Shown: positions 52,195 through 64,000 of the stretch, piece after piece
How positions within the stretch are numbered: position 1 is the stretch's first letter
Layout of the letters: each line of letters opens with the position of its first letter
Origin: Eledone cirrhosa
Taxonomy: Eukaryota
Length of the DNA stretch: 64,000 nucleotides
Assembly (NCBI GenBank): GCA_964016885.1
Contig: OZ024764.1
Span: 868,001 to 932,000 of the forward strand
Reading direction: 5' to 3'
Notes under the pieces: model-generated
The model's input: the letters and a program-made list of their open reading frames with translations, nothing else
Database searches by the model: none
Told to the model about the DNA's origin: nothing
Translations under genes and position numbers: made by a program

Positions 52195-53637
52195 TGTATG
52201 TATGTATGTATGTATGTATGTATGTATGTATGTATGTATGTATGTATGTATGTATGTATGTATGTATGTATGTGTGTATGTATGTATGTATGTATGTATG
52301 TATGTATGTATGTATGTATGTATGTATGCCTGTATGTATGTATGTATGTATGTATGTATGTATGTATGTATGTATGTATGTATGTATGTATGTATGTGTG
52401 TATGTGTGTGTGTATGTATGTATGTATGTATGTATGTATGTATGTATGTGTGTATGTATGTATGTATGTATGTATGTATGTATGTATGTATGTATGTATG
52501 TATGTATGTATGTATGTGTGTATGTGTGTGTGTATGTATGTATGTATGTATGTATGTATGTATGTATGTGTGTATGTATGTATGTATGTATGTATGTATG
52601 TATGTATGTATGTATGTATGTATGTATGTGTGTATGTATGTATGTATGTATGTATGTATGTATGTATGTATGTATGTATGTATGCCTGTATGTATGTATG
52701 TATGTATGTATGTATGTATGTATGTATGTATGTATGTATGTATGTATGTATGTGTGTATGTGTGTGTGTATGTATGTATGTATGTATGTATGTATGTATG
52801 TATGTATGTGTGTATGTGTGTGTGTATGTATGTATGTATGTATGTATGTATGTATGTATGTATGTATGTATGTATGTATGTATGTATGTATGTATGTATG
52901 TATGTATGTATGTATGTATGTCAGCTCACTCTTGAGTGCTACTGGTAACAAGTAAACCAGTACAACCTGTCGCATGGTTGGCTCGTCGGCGACTAAACCG
53001 GCAACCCCACCAAGTTTACTAGGTGAGGAGGGTGATTTTGGACACCCTGCAGGACAAAAAAACAAAACCTGACAAAGAGCGGAAGAAACTCATAAGAGTC
53101 AACGGCCATCTGAAAGTGTGTAAATATGTATATAGACATGTACCACGCAGTTAAACCACTGGGAGTGAAGGACCCCTAGCCTTTGTCAGGGCCTTCTTCT
53201 AGGAGAAGGTAACTCAGGAAACTGGGATAACTCCCATATAAAACCTGCAGCTCAGTAGTTACAGATGATGTTGATCTTTTCTTCTTTTCAGGTTATAGCT
53301 ACTGTCTCTCAGAGAGTGGGATTGGCTCAGTGCACAGTCTTTCCTCACTTTAAAACATATCTTCACACACAGGCATTGCACGATAGAATTAATTGATAAT
53401 TATTAATATTGGTATATCGTGCAAAGGCCATACTCGATAACGAGGGGGCAGCCATCATATATATATATATATATAGCCCATGTTCCGTCTAACCCATGCT
53501 AGTCCTGAAAATGGATGTGGAACGATGGTGGGGGTACGTAGCCTAGTAGTGAGGGTGTTTGACCAATGATCATTATACCATGGATTTCAGGACTGGGTTG
53601 TATGTTGTATTCTTGAGCAAAACGATATTTATATATA

Positions 53638-53681
<44 letters not shown>

Positions 53682-53900
53682 AGAATTAAAATACTAGAGT
53701 GTGTTGGAGTTAAACACCCTCTTCATATTATAGAAATGACAGTAAAGGTATAGCTCAATGTAATTAAACAGAGCCAAAGAATTAAGAAAATAAACCAAAG
53801 AAGCCTTCAATACATCAAAAGTCTTTATTGTTGGCTAATAAAGACTTTTGATGTATTGAAGGCTTCTTTGGTTTATTTTCTTAATATATATATATATATA

Positions 53901-54243
53901 TGGAGGCACATGGCTTAGTGGTTAGAGCATTGGCCTTGCAATCGAAAGGTTGTGAGTTCAATTCTCAGACCGGGTGATGTGTTGTTTCCTTGAGCAAGAG
54001 ACTTTATTTCACATTGCTCCAGTTTACTCAGCTGTAGAAATGAGATGATAGGGACTGGGGTCCCTATCATTCCACTGCAAAGTGGTCGTGGAGGTGCCAC
54101 GGCAAAAAAGCACCCAGCACTCACTGTAAATGAGGTTGGTGTTAGGAAGGGCATCCAGCTGTAGAAATGAAGCCAGAATCAGTTCCCGTCCCACCCTTGC
54201 AAGCAGGGAAAAGTGGACGTAAAATGAAATGATGATGAAATGA
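53901..54243 (+). mobile_element. SINE-A copy (further copies at 55188-55526 minus and 56766-57113 plus)
   Basis: Full match to the family. Confidence 0.85.
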
Positions 54244-56439
54244 TACATATGTACATATGTATATATGTATATATATATATACATATATACATATACATGT
54301 GTATATATATATATGTATGTATATACATATGTGTATATCTATATATATATACATATATATGTACATATGTATATATATATATATACATATATACATATGT
54401 ACATATATATGTGTATATACATATGTACATATATATGTGTATATATATATGTATGTATATGTATATATACATATATATGTATGTATATGTATATACATAT
54501 GCATATATACATATATATGTATATATATATATAGATATATACATATGTATATACATATACATTCATATATCTACATATCTATATACATATACATTCATAT
54601 ATACACAACAAACAACACCCAGCCCACACTGTAAAGTGGTCATGTAGGTGTCACAACAAAAAGTACCCAGTCCACACTGTAAAGTTGTCATGTAGGTGTC
54701 ACAACAAAAAGTACCCAGTCCACACTGTAAAGTGGTCATGTAGGTGTCACAACAAAAAGTACCCAGTCCACACTGTAAAGTGGTCATGTAGGTGTCACAA
54801 CTAAAAGTACCCAGTCCACACTGTAAAGTTGTCATGTAGGTGTCACAACTAAAAGTACCCAGTCCACACTGTAAAGTGGTCATGTAGGTGTCACAACAAA
54901 AAAACACAGTCCCCGCTGTAATGTGGTCATGTAGGTAACAGTAAAAACCTCCCAGTCCACACTGTAAACGTGGTTGGTGTTAGGAAGGGCATCCAGCTTG
55001 GCTCAGTTGACCATGTCTCGCTCATATAGGACTGTTTCTAGCTGGTTTTCTACAGCTGGGTGCCCTTCCTCGCACCAACCACATTGACAGTGTGGACTGG
55101 GTGCTTTTTGTTGACACCTAAATGCCCACTTTACAGTGTGGACTGGGTAGTTTAGTTGAGACACCTACATAACCACTTTATATGTATCATTTCATTCATT
55201 TCATTTTACGTCCACTTTTCCCTGCTTGCAAGGGTGGGACGGAAACTGATTCTGGCTTGATTTCTACAGCTGGATGCCCTTCCTAACACCAACCTCATTT
55301 ACAGTGAGTGCTGGGTGCTTTTTTCCGTGGCGCCTACATGTCCACTTTACAGTGGAATGATAGGGACCCCAGTCCCTATTATCTCATTTCTACAGCTGAG
55401 TAAACTGGAGCAAAGTGAAATAAAGTGTCTTGCTCAAGGAAACAACACATCACCCGGTCTGAGAATTGAACTCACAACCTTTCGATTGCAAGGCCAATGC
55501 TCTAACCACTAAGCCATGTGCCTCCATATATATATATAAACCACTGGGAGTGAAGGACCCCTAGCCTTTGTCAGGGCCTTCTTCTAGGAGAAGGTAACTC
55601 AGGAAACTGGGATAACTCCCATATAAAACCTGCAGCTCAGTAGTTACAGATGATGTTGATCTTTTCTTCTTTTCAGGTTATAGCTACTGTCTCTCAGAGA
55701 GTGGGATTGGCTCAGTGCACAGTCTTTCCTCACTTTAAAAATAATCTTCATGCACAGGCATTGCACAATAGAATTAATTAATAATTATTAATAATGTTAT
55801 ATCGTGCAATGGCCACACTCGATAACGAGGGGGCAGACATCATCATCATCACTTTACATCCGCTTTTCCCTGCTTGCAAGGGTGGGACGGGTCCTATTCA
55901 GCACAGCATCTCTCCACTTGTCATGGTCCTTCGTCATCTCCTCCGTGAGCTTCAGCAATCTGAGGCCAGTTCTCACCACCTCCGCCCATGTTTTTAGTGG
56001 TCTTCCTCTACTGCGTCTTCCTTCTACTGGGATTTCTTGGCACTTTTTTACCCAGCGGTCATCCTCCATGCACATCGCATGTCCATACCATCTCAGTCTT
56101 CTCTCCCTCACACCACAACTTATCCCTCTTATACACAGTTTCTCTCTCAACTCATCTATATATATATTGTTATACTTTGGGAGGGTCATGTTGCCAATAA
56201 GAAACACACGCACCAGTTGCTTTCACTTCAATTTATTATATATTTATAAATTTATAAATTTATAAATATATAAATATATAAATATATAAATATATAAATT
56301 TATAAATATATAATAAATTGAAGTGAAAGCAACTGGCGCGTGTGTTTCTTATTGGCAACATGACCCTCCCAAAGTATAACAATATCGGTTTCAACACACG
56401 ATTTCAGATAAAGAATCTTGCTAAACAAATTCAGAAACG

Positions 56440-56504
<65 letters not shown>

Positions 56505-57150
56505 GTCATTCATCAGTGATCTTCCAGCCTTCATTGGTATTTCATCGCTTTAAAGATCATATACCTCTGGTTGGTGCGAGCAACGGCTAAAGAAAGTCGT
56601 TGGGACACGTAAATAGGGGAAACGAGCGAGACAGTAAACAAACAAACAAATATGGTAATGCAACGAAAAGTGAGGAAGAAGGAGTCAAGTCCCTGAAATC
56701 GATGAATATAAGTTTTGTGAAATCGTAGACCCACACAAACATATACATATATATATACACGCATATGGAGGCACATGGCTTAGTGGTTAGAGCATTGGCC
56801 TTGCAATCGAAAGGTTGTGAGTTCAATTCTCAGACCGAGTGATGTGTTGTTTCCTTGAGCAAAACACTTTATTTCACATTGCTCCAGTTTACTCAGCTGT
56901 AGAAATGAGATGATAGGGACTGGGGTCCCTATCATTCCACTGCAAAGTGGTCGTGGAGGTGCCACGGCAAAAAAGCACCCAGCACTCACTGTAAATGAGG
57001 TTGGTGTTAGGAAGGGCATCCAGCTGTAGAAATCAAGCCAGAATCAGTTCCCGTCCCACCCTTGCAAGCAGGGAAAAGCGGACGTAAAATGAAATGAAAA
57101 TGAAATGAAAATGACACAAAAGTAATACATATGTTGATCTATAATTTCAG

Positions 57151-57313
57151 AAGGGTTGAAAGATTTGAAGAAAATTATTCTAAAGAACTGCCATTACCTG
57201 GATGACGAGGCTTTGCACCTGTTACATTATGTAAAGAATACTTTGGAACACCTGGAGATATCTAATGCCGGTAACATTACCCAAAGAGGCCTGAATCACC
57301 TGCCTAAATTACT
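57151..57313 (+). CDS. ATP5S: ATP synthase subunit s, third coding exon (LRR-like region); the final exon is not seen in the window
   Basis: TTTCAG| (E)GLKDLKKIILKNCHYLDDEALHLLHYVKNTLEHLEISNAGNITQRGLNHLPKL |GTAAGT. In frame with the previous exon and absent from the ORF track. Confidence 0.93.
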
Positions 57314-57399
57314 GTAAGTTTCAAAATACCCTAGCATTTACCTAATCCCACACTTTTTAACCCTTTACCATTTGCATTAATCTATATATACTATATATT

Positions 57400-57885
57400 C
57401 TGAGGTGTGAGGTGATACTTATGAGGGTACCTGGTTATTTCAGCCCCTTAGCCTCACCTTACTGAGGTGTGAGGTGATACCCGTGAGGGTACCTGGTTAT
57501 TTCAGCCCCTTAGCCTCACCTTACTGAGGTGTCAGGTGATACCCGTGAGGATTCCTGGTTATTTAAGCACCTTAGCCTCACCTTACTGAGGTGTCAGGTG
57601 ATACCTGTGAGGGTACCTGGTTATTTCAGCACCTTAGCCTCACCTTACTGAGGTGTCAGGTGATACCCGTGAGGGTACCTGGTTATTTCAGCACCTTAGC
57701 CTCACCTTACTGAGGTGTCAGGTGATACCCGTGGGGGTACCTGGTTATTTCAGCACCTTAGCCTCACCTTACCGAGGTGTCAGGTGATACCCGTGGGGGT
57801 ACCTGGTTATTTCAACACCTTAGCCTCACCTTACCGAGGTGTCAGGTGATACCCGTGGGGGTACCTGGTTATTTCAACACCTTAG
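57400..57885. repeat. 62-bp tandem repeat, about 8 copies
   Basis: CTGAGGTGTCAGGTGATACCCGTGAGGGTACCTGGTTATTTCAGCACCTTAGCCTCACCTTA. Confidence 0.93.
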
Positions 57886-58156
57886 TAATGCTGCCAGTGT
57901 GTTGGCTTGCCTCAAAGTGTGTAGTTAACCCCTAAGGTGTGAGGTGTGGCCTATTATCACACCTGGTGGTGAATTGCCATCTCCCACTGTGTTTTTCTTT
58001 CCTTTATCATTATTGTTCAATAAATTATATTTTATGTTTATACACCTTGATATAGATATAATATCTATATATATATATGTATACATGCTAGCGTGGAAGA
58101 TGGATGTTAAACGATGATGATGATATATATATATAGAAATATTTAATATAGAAATG

Positions 58157-58206
58157 GCTTCTACAGGACTAGAACTGTTTCATTCAAAGGAAATCATCAG
58201 GAAAGC
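58157..58206 (-). ncRNA. Hammerhead motif, family B, inside a 138-bp palindrome (58137-58274)
   Basis: GCUUUC-CUGAUGA-u[UUC cuuu GAA]u-GAAACAG...CU-GUA|GAAGC. The plus arm has CCGAUGA. Confidence 0.75.
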
Positions 58207-58346
58207 TTTCCCGATGATTTCCTTTGAATGAAACAGTTCTAGTCCTGTAGAAGCCATTTCTATATTAAATATTTATACTCTGCTATGTATTGAGTACCTT
58301 ACTGTGGTTACCCCCGATTTAACCCGGGATACACACACACACACGT

Positions 58347-58625
<279 letters not shown>

Positions 58626-58796
58626 CATATATATATATATATATATACATACATACATATATATATATACATACATACATATATATATATACATACATAC
58701 ATATATATACATACATACATATATATACATACATACATATATATACATACATACATATATATACATACATACATATATATATATATACATACATAC

Positions 58797-58857
<61 letters not shown>

Positions 58858-58906
58858 TATGCATACATATATACATACATATATATATATACATACATAT
58901 ATATAT

Positions 58907-59000
<94 letters not shown>

Positions 59001-59228
59001 ACATATGGAGGATGACCGATGGGTGAAGAAGTGCCAGGAAATGCCAGTTGAAGGAAGACGTGGTAGAGGTAGACCACGAAAAACATGGGCGGAGGTGGTG
59101 AGAACAGACCTCAGATCATTGATGCTCACGGTGGAGATGACGAGGGACCGTGACGAGTGGAGAGATGCTGTGGTGAATAAGACCCGTCCCACCCTTGCAA
59201 GCAGGGAAAAGCGGACGTATGATGATGA

Positions 59229-59267
<39 letters not shown>

Positions 59268-59999
59268 CATATATATATAAACATATACATATATATATAT
59301 ACTTCAAAACCGTCTGAAACTATTCGATTTTTTAAAAAGAATCAACCCTTTTCCTAGTTGCCTGTGGGTGCCAGACTCGGAGTCTAGGGTTCTCGGGTAG
59401 GGGACCACAGAAAACTAGTAATTTAAGATACTTCTGAAGGTCCATAGTCGTTTAAAACACCAAAAATCACATACAAAACAAGTTTTCGTTAAATAAAACA
59501 TGGGAAATGGTAGAAAAATAAGACATTTCAACCAAAACATGTCACAATTCTCTGACATCAAAACACTTCTGTTGTTATTAGAGGGTCGGATACCATGCTT
59601 TGTAGCATAGTGTTACGGCCCTTTACGGTCTGAGTTCAAATCCCGCCGAGGTTCATCCTTACGGGGTCGATAAAATGAAGTACCAGTAATACCCTGGCGT
59701 CGATTTAATAGACTTTCCCCTCCTCTTCAAATTACTGGCTTTGTGCCTAAAGTAGAAATCATTAAATAAAGTACCAGTAATGTACTGGGTTATTGCTGGC
59801 CTTGTGCCTAAAGTACAAACAATTATTAGAAGGTCGGACGCCACGCTTTGCAGCATAGTGTTACTCCCCTTTACGGTCTGAGTTCAAATCCCGCCGAGGT
59901 TAACTTTACCTTTCATCCTTACGGGGTCGATAAAATAAAGTACCAGTAATGTACTGGGATAATTGCAGGCATTGTGCCTAAAGTAGAAACAATTATTAT

Positions 60000-62120
60000 T
60001 TGTGTGTGTAAAAATATAAGCCCTACTCCTAAAATAAACCCGTGCTTTGTCATGGGGGGGAAATGATATAAAACAGGGGTTTATAGACAAGACTGTAGAG
60101 AGGTGTTAGTATATATCACATAACTTGTAATTTACGATACTAAAACATTGGAAAAACAACTTTAGATGGTTTTTGTTTCAATACAGATGGAAACCCACAG
60201 AAAAAGCCATAAATTTAGGCCGGTTTTCCTTCAGAATATCAACAAATTACCTCCAAAGACAACAAATAAAAGTTTTGTCTCAGATATTTCAACCAAAACA
60301 TGTCACAGAGACTCGTCTGTTGTTATTATTTAGTCGGTGTCTGTGTAAATATATAAGCCCTACCCCTAAAGTGAACCCAAGGGCCTTTTATGAGGGGGGA
60401 ATGATATAAAAGCTGTCTTATATTAAAGGAAACAGGGGTTTATAGCCAAGACTAGAGAGGTGTTAGTATATATCACATAACTTCTAATTTACGATACTAA
60501 AACATTGGAAATCACTGGAAAAACAACTTTAGATGGTTTTTCTTTCAATACAGATGGAAACCCACAGAAAAAACCATAAATTTAGGCCGGTTTTATTTCA
60601 AAATATTAAAAAATCTCCTCCAAAGACAACAATTAACCCCAACAAATAAAAGTTTTGTCTGAGAAATTTCAACCAAAACATGTCACATGTCTGTTGTTGT
60701 TATTTAGTGAGTCTGTGTAAATACATAAGCCCTGCCTCTAAAGTAAACCCTAGGGCTTTGTTATGTGGGGTAAATTATTTAAAAGCTGTCTTATATTAGG
60801 GGAAACAGGGTTTAATAGCCAAGACTGTAGAGATATGTTAGTATATATCAGAGAAAACTTGTGATTTACGATACTAAAACATCAGAAACCCACAGAAAAA
60901 CCATAAATTTAGGCCGGTTTTATTTCAAAACATGAACAAATACCTCCAAAGACAACAAATTAAAGTTTTGTTTCAGATATGTCAACCAAAACATGTCACA
61001 GAGACTCGTCTGTTGTTATTTAATGAGCCTGTGTAAATATATAAGGTCTGCCCCTGAAGTAAACCCTAGAGGGTTTTATGAAGGGTAAAATGATATAAAA
61101 GCTAGTTTATATTAGGGGAAACAGGTCTGTTGTTGTTATTTAGTGTCTGTGTGTAAATACATAAGCCCTACACCCTGAAGTGAACCCTAGGGCCTTTTAT
61201 GAGGCGGGGGGAATGATATAAAAGCTGTCTTATATTAAAGGAAACAGGGGTTTATAGCCAAGACTAGAGAGGTGTTAGTATATATCACATAACTTGTAAT
61301 TTACGATAGAAAAACATTGGAAATCACTGGAAAAACAACTTTAGATGGTTTTCTTTCAATACATATGGAAACCCACAGAAAAAACCATAAATTTAGGCCG
61401 GTTTTATTTCAAAACATTAAAAAATCTCCTCCAAAGACCACAATTAACCCCAACAAATAAAAGTTTTGTCTGAGAAATTTCAACCAAAACATGTCACATG
61501 TCGTCTGTTGTTGTTATTTAGTGAGTCTGTGTAAATACATAAGCCCTGCCTCTAAAGTAAACCCTAGGGCTTTGTTATGTGGGGTAAATTATTTAAAAGC
61601 TGGTTTATATTAGGACGAAACAGGGTTTTATAGCCAAGACTGTAGAGAGAGGTGAAGCGTGTTTAGGTTGACAGGAGTCGAACAAGTAACAGTTTCCTAG
61701 TCTAGTACGCTACCCAATGACCCACGTTTATATATATATCACATAACTTGTAATTTACGATACTAAAACATTGGAAAAACAACTTTAGATGGTTTTTGTT
61801 TCAATACCGATGGAAACCCACAGAAAAAACCATAAATTTAGGCCGGTTTTCCTTCAAAATATCAACAAATTACCTCCAAAGACAACAAATTAAAGTTTTG
61901 TCTCAGAAATTTCAACCAAAACATGTCACAAACACTCGTCTGTTGTTATTATTTAGTGAGTCTGTCTAAATACCTAAGCCCTACCCCTAAAATAAACCCT
62001 AGTGATTTTTATGTGTGTAAAATAATATAAAAGCTGTCTTATATTAAAGGAAACAGGGTTTAATAGCCAAGATGTAGAGGTGTTAGTATATATCAGAGAA
62101 AACTTGTAATTTAAGATACT
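60000..62120. repeat. Diverged long-period tandem repeat (units about 300-400 bp)
   Basis: Recurring GAAACCCACAGAAAAAACCATAAATTTAGGCCGG and CAACCAAAACATGTCACA blocks, about 5 copies. Confidence 0.85.
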
Positions 62121-62354
62121 TCTGGAGGACTGTAGTCGTTTAAAACACATTAAATATCAAAGATGTGTGATAAGTAAAACGTTTTTACCAAACATCTACA
62201 TATAAATACAATTTCTATAATAAAAATGATTTAAAAGAGAAAGAAATTGGTAAAAAATTAGATGAGAAATTAATATACCGTAGAAAATGTGCAGGCTCCA
62301 TTTTAGACAGCAACAGGGAGCTCAGAATTATCTCCCTTGAATAATGTTGTTAAG

Positions 62355-62675
62355 ACACTGTTGGTGTTTGGAACATAACTTAACAAAGGTTCTTACATAA
62401 AACTATGATGGAAGGTTTTTAGATAAATATAAACACTTTAACCCTTTCATTACCATATTTCTAATGAAAGACACTGTTGGTGTTTGGAACATAACTTAAA
62501 GGTTCTTACATAAAACTATGATGGAAGGTTTTTAGATAAATATAAACACTTTAACCCTTTCATTACCATATTTCTAATGAAAGACACTGTTGGTGTTTGG
62601 AACATAACTTAACAAAGGTTCTTACATAAAATTATCATGGATGAAAGGTTTTTACATAAATATAAACACTTTAAC
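62355..62675. repeat. About 115-bp tandem repeat, 3 copies
   Basis: AAGACACTGTTGGTGTTTGGAACATAACTTAA... is repeated. Confidence 0.85.
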
Positions 62676-62827
62676 GCACATACATATATGTATGTGGTTA
62701 ATGGCTGAAAGGAAAGAGTACTCAATACTGAAGTAGAGTTTTAATATTCATTTATATTCAAGCTTAAAAGTGAGTCTTGAAACTCCAGAGTAACAAGACT
62801 CACTTTTTAGCCTCCATATAAAGGAAT

Positions 62828-62859
<32 letters not shown>

Positions 62860-62921
62860 ATATATATATATATATATTCATTTATATTCATATATATATA
62901 TATATATATACATGTATATAT

Positions 62922-64000
62922 CTAGAGCGGATAAAATTCCCGAGATCCATGGATGAGTTCTCTCCAGCAGTCTCTGTCCCTTATCATCCTTGCCATGTCC
63001 TGCGTCTCCCAGAGACCAGTGTCTGTCTTTAGGGCATCAACATATGTCAACATCGGTCTCCCTCTTCTAGTGTGTCCATGTAGGGGCTCCCACAGGAGCA
63101 CTGAGTGCAGTGTCAACTCTGGATGTCGGTGAGCATGTCCAGCTAACCTCTGTCTCCCTCTTCCACTGTGTCCATGTAGGGGCTCCCACAGGAGCACTGA
63201 GTGCAGTGTCAACTCTGGATGTCGGTGAGCATGTCCAGCTAACCTCAGTCTCCCTCTTCCAGTGTGTCAATGCAGGGGCTCCCACAGGAACACTGAGTGC
63301 AGTGTCAACTCTGGATGTCGGTGAGCATGTCCAGCTAACCTCAGTCTCCCTCTTCCAGTGTGTCAATGCAGGGGCTCCCACAGGAACACTGAGTGCAGTG
63401 TCAACTCTGGATGTCGGTGAGCATGTCCAGCTAACCTCTGTCTCTCTCTTCCAGTGTGTCAATGCAGGGGCTCCCACAGGAGCACTGAGTGCAATGTCAA
63501 CTCTGGATGTCGGTGAGCATGTCCAGCTAACCTCTGTCTCCCTCTTCCACTGTGTCCATGTAGGGGCTCCCAAAGGAGCACTGAGTGCAATGTCAACTCT
63601 GGATGTTGGTGAGCATGTGCAGCTAATCTCTGTCTTCCTCTTCCAGTGTGTCCATGTAGGGGATCCCACAGGAGCACTGAGTGCAATGTCAACTCTGGAT
63701 GTCGGTGAGCATGTCCAGCTAACCTCTGTCTCCCTCTTCCACTGTGTCCATGTAGGGGCTCCCAAAGGAGCACTGAGTGCAATGTCAACTCTGGATGTTG
63801 GTGAGCATGTGCAGCTAATCTCTGTCTTCCTCTTCCAGTGTGTCCATGTAGGGGCTCCCACAGGACCACTGAGTGCAGTGTCAACTCTGGATGTCAGTGA
63901 GCATGTGCAGCTAACCTCTGTCTCCCTCTTCCAGTGTGTCAATGCAGGGGCCCCCACAGGACCACTGAGTGCAGTGTTAACTCTGGATGTCAGTGAGCAT
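62922..64000 (-). mobile_element. RTE LINE 3' end with its 81-bp RLAGH...LLWEP segment tandemly amplified (at least 11 copies, running off the window)
   Basis: Same family as 4159-4400 and 24420-24856. Confidence 0.9.

Noticed and set aside
52920-53005. HDV-like ribozyme at the 5' end of the RTE-like repeat
   Set aside because: I could not build the nested P1/P1.1/P2/P3 pseudoknot; only simple hairpins are visible.
59340-59400. Final ATP5S exon after TTTTCCTAG
   Set aside because: The in-frame peptide has no resemblance to the expected LRR C-terminus and stops early.
62744-62830. Novel ribozyme or pre-miRNA upstream of the shared 3' hairpin
   Set aside because: It resolves into one long imperfect hairpin with no recognisable catalytic core, most simply an old fold-back.
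63067-63957. 296-aa repeat protein
   Set aside because: It is an alternative frame of the 81-bp RTE-derived tandem array.

Overview
This window is eukaryotic, AT- and microsatellite-rich DNA. The repeat landscape looks like an octopus or other cephalopod, which is my inference. Nearly all long ORFs in the track are translations of simple repeats. One real gene is recognisable: ATP5S/DMAC2L (mitochondrial ATP synthase subunit s, factor B) on the + strand, with coding exons 49437-49558, 51473-51681 and 57151-57313, a probable non-coding exon ending at 46573, and a last exon not found in the window. The rest is tRNA-derived SINEs, fragments of RTE, CR1-like, R4/Dong-like, CRE-like and Penelope-like retroelements, MITEs and satellites. 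The main hidden signal is a dense population of short elements embedded in (TA)n. They fall into about 10 families with little sequence similarity to each other, yet each carries a type I hammerhead ribozyme motif that I folded by hand. Many are duplicated as inverted fold-backs, many have a mismatched helix II closing pair, and most share a covarying downstream hairpin (RCUC...GAGY-RC). A broken Penelope-like thumb/Zn-linker/GIY-YIG ORF at about 26 kb is a candidate relic of the autonomous partner. All structures and coordinates were read by eye, with no folding software or database search.
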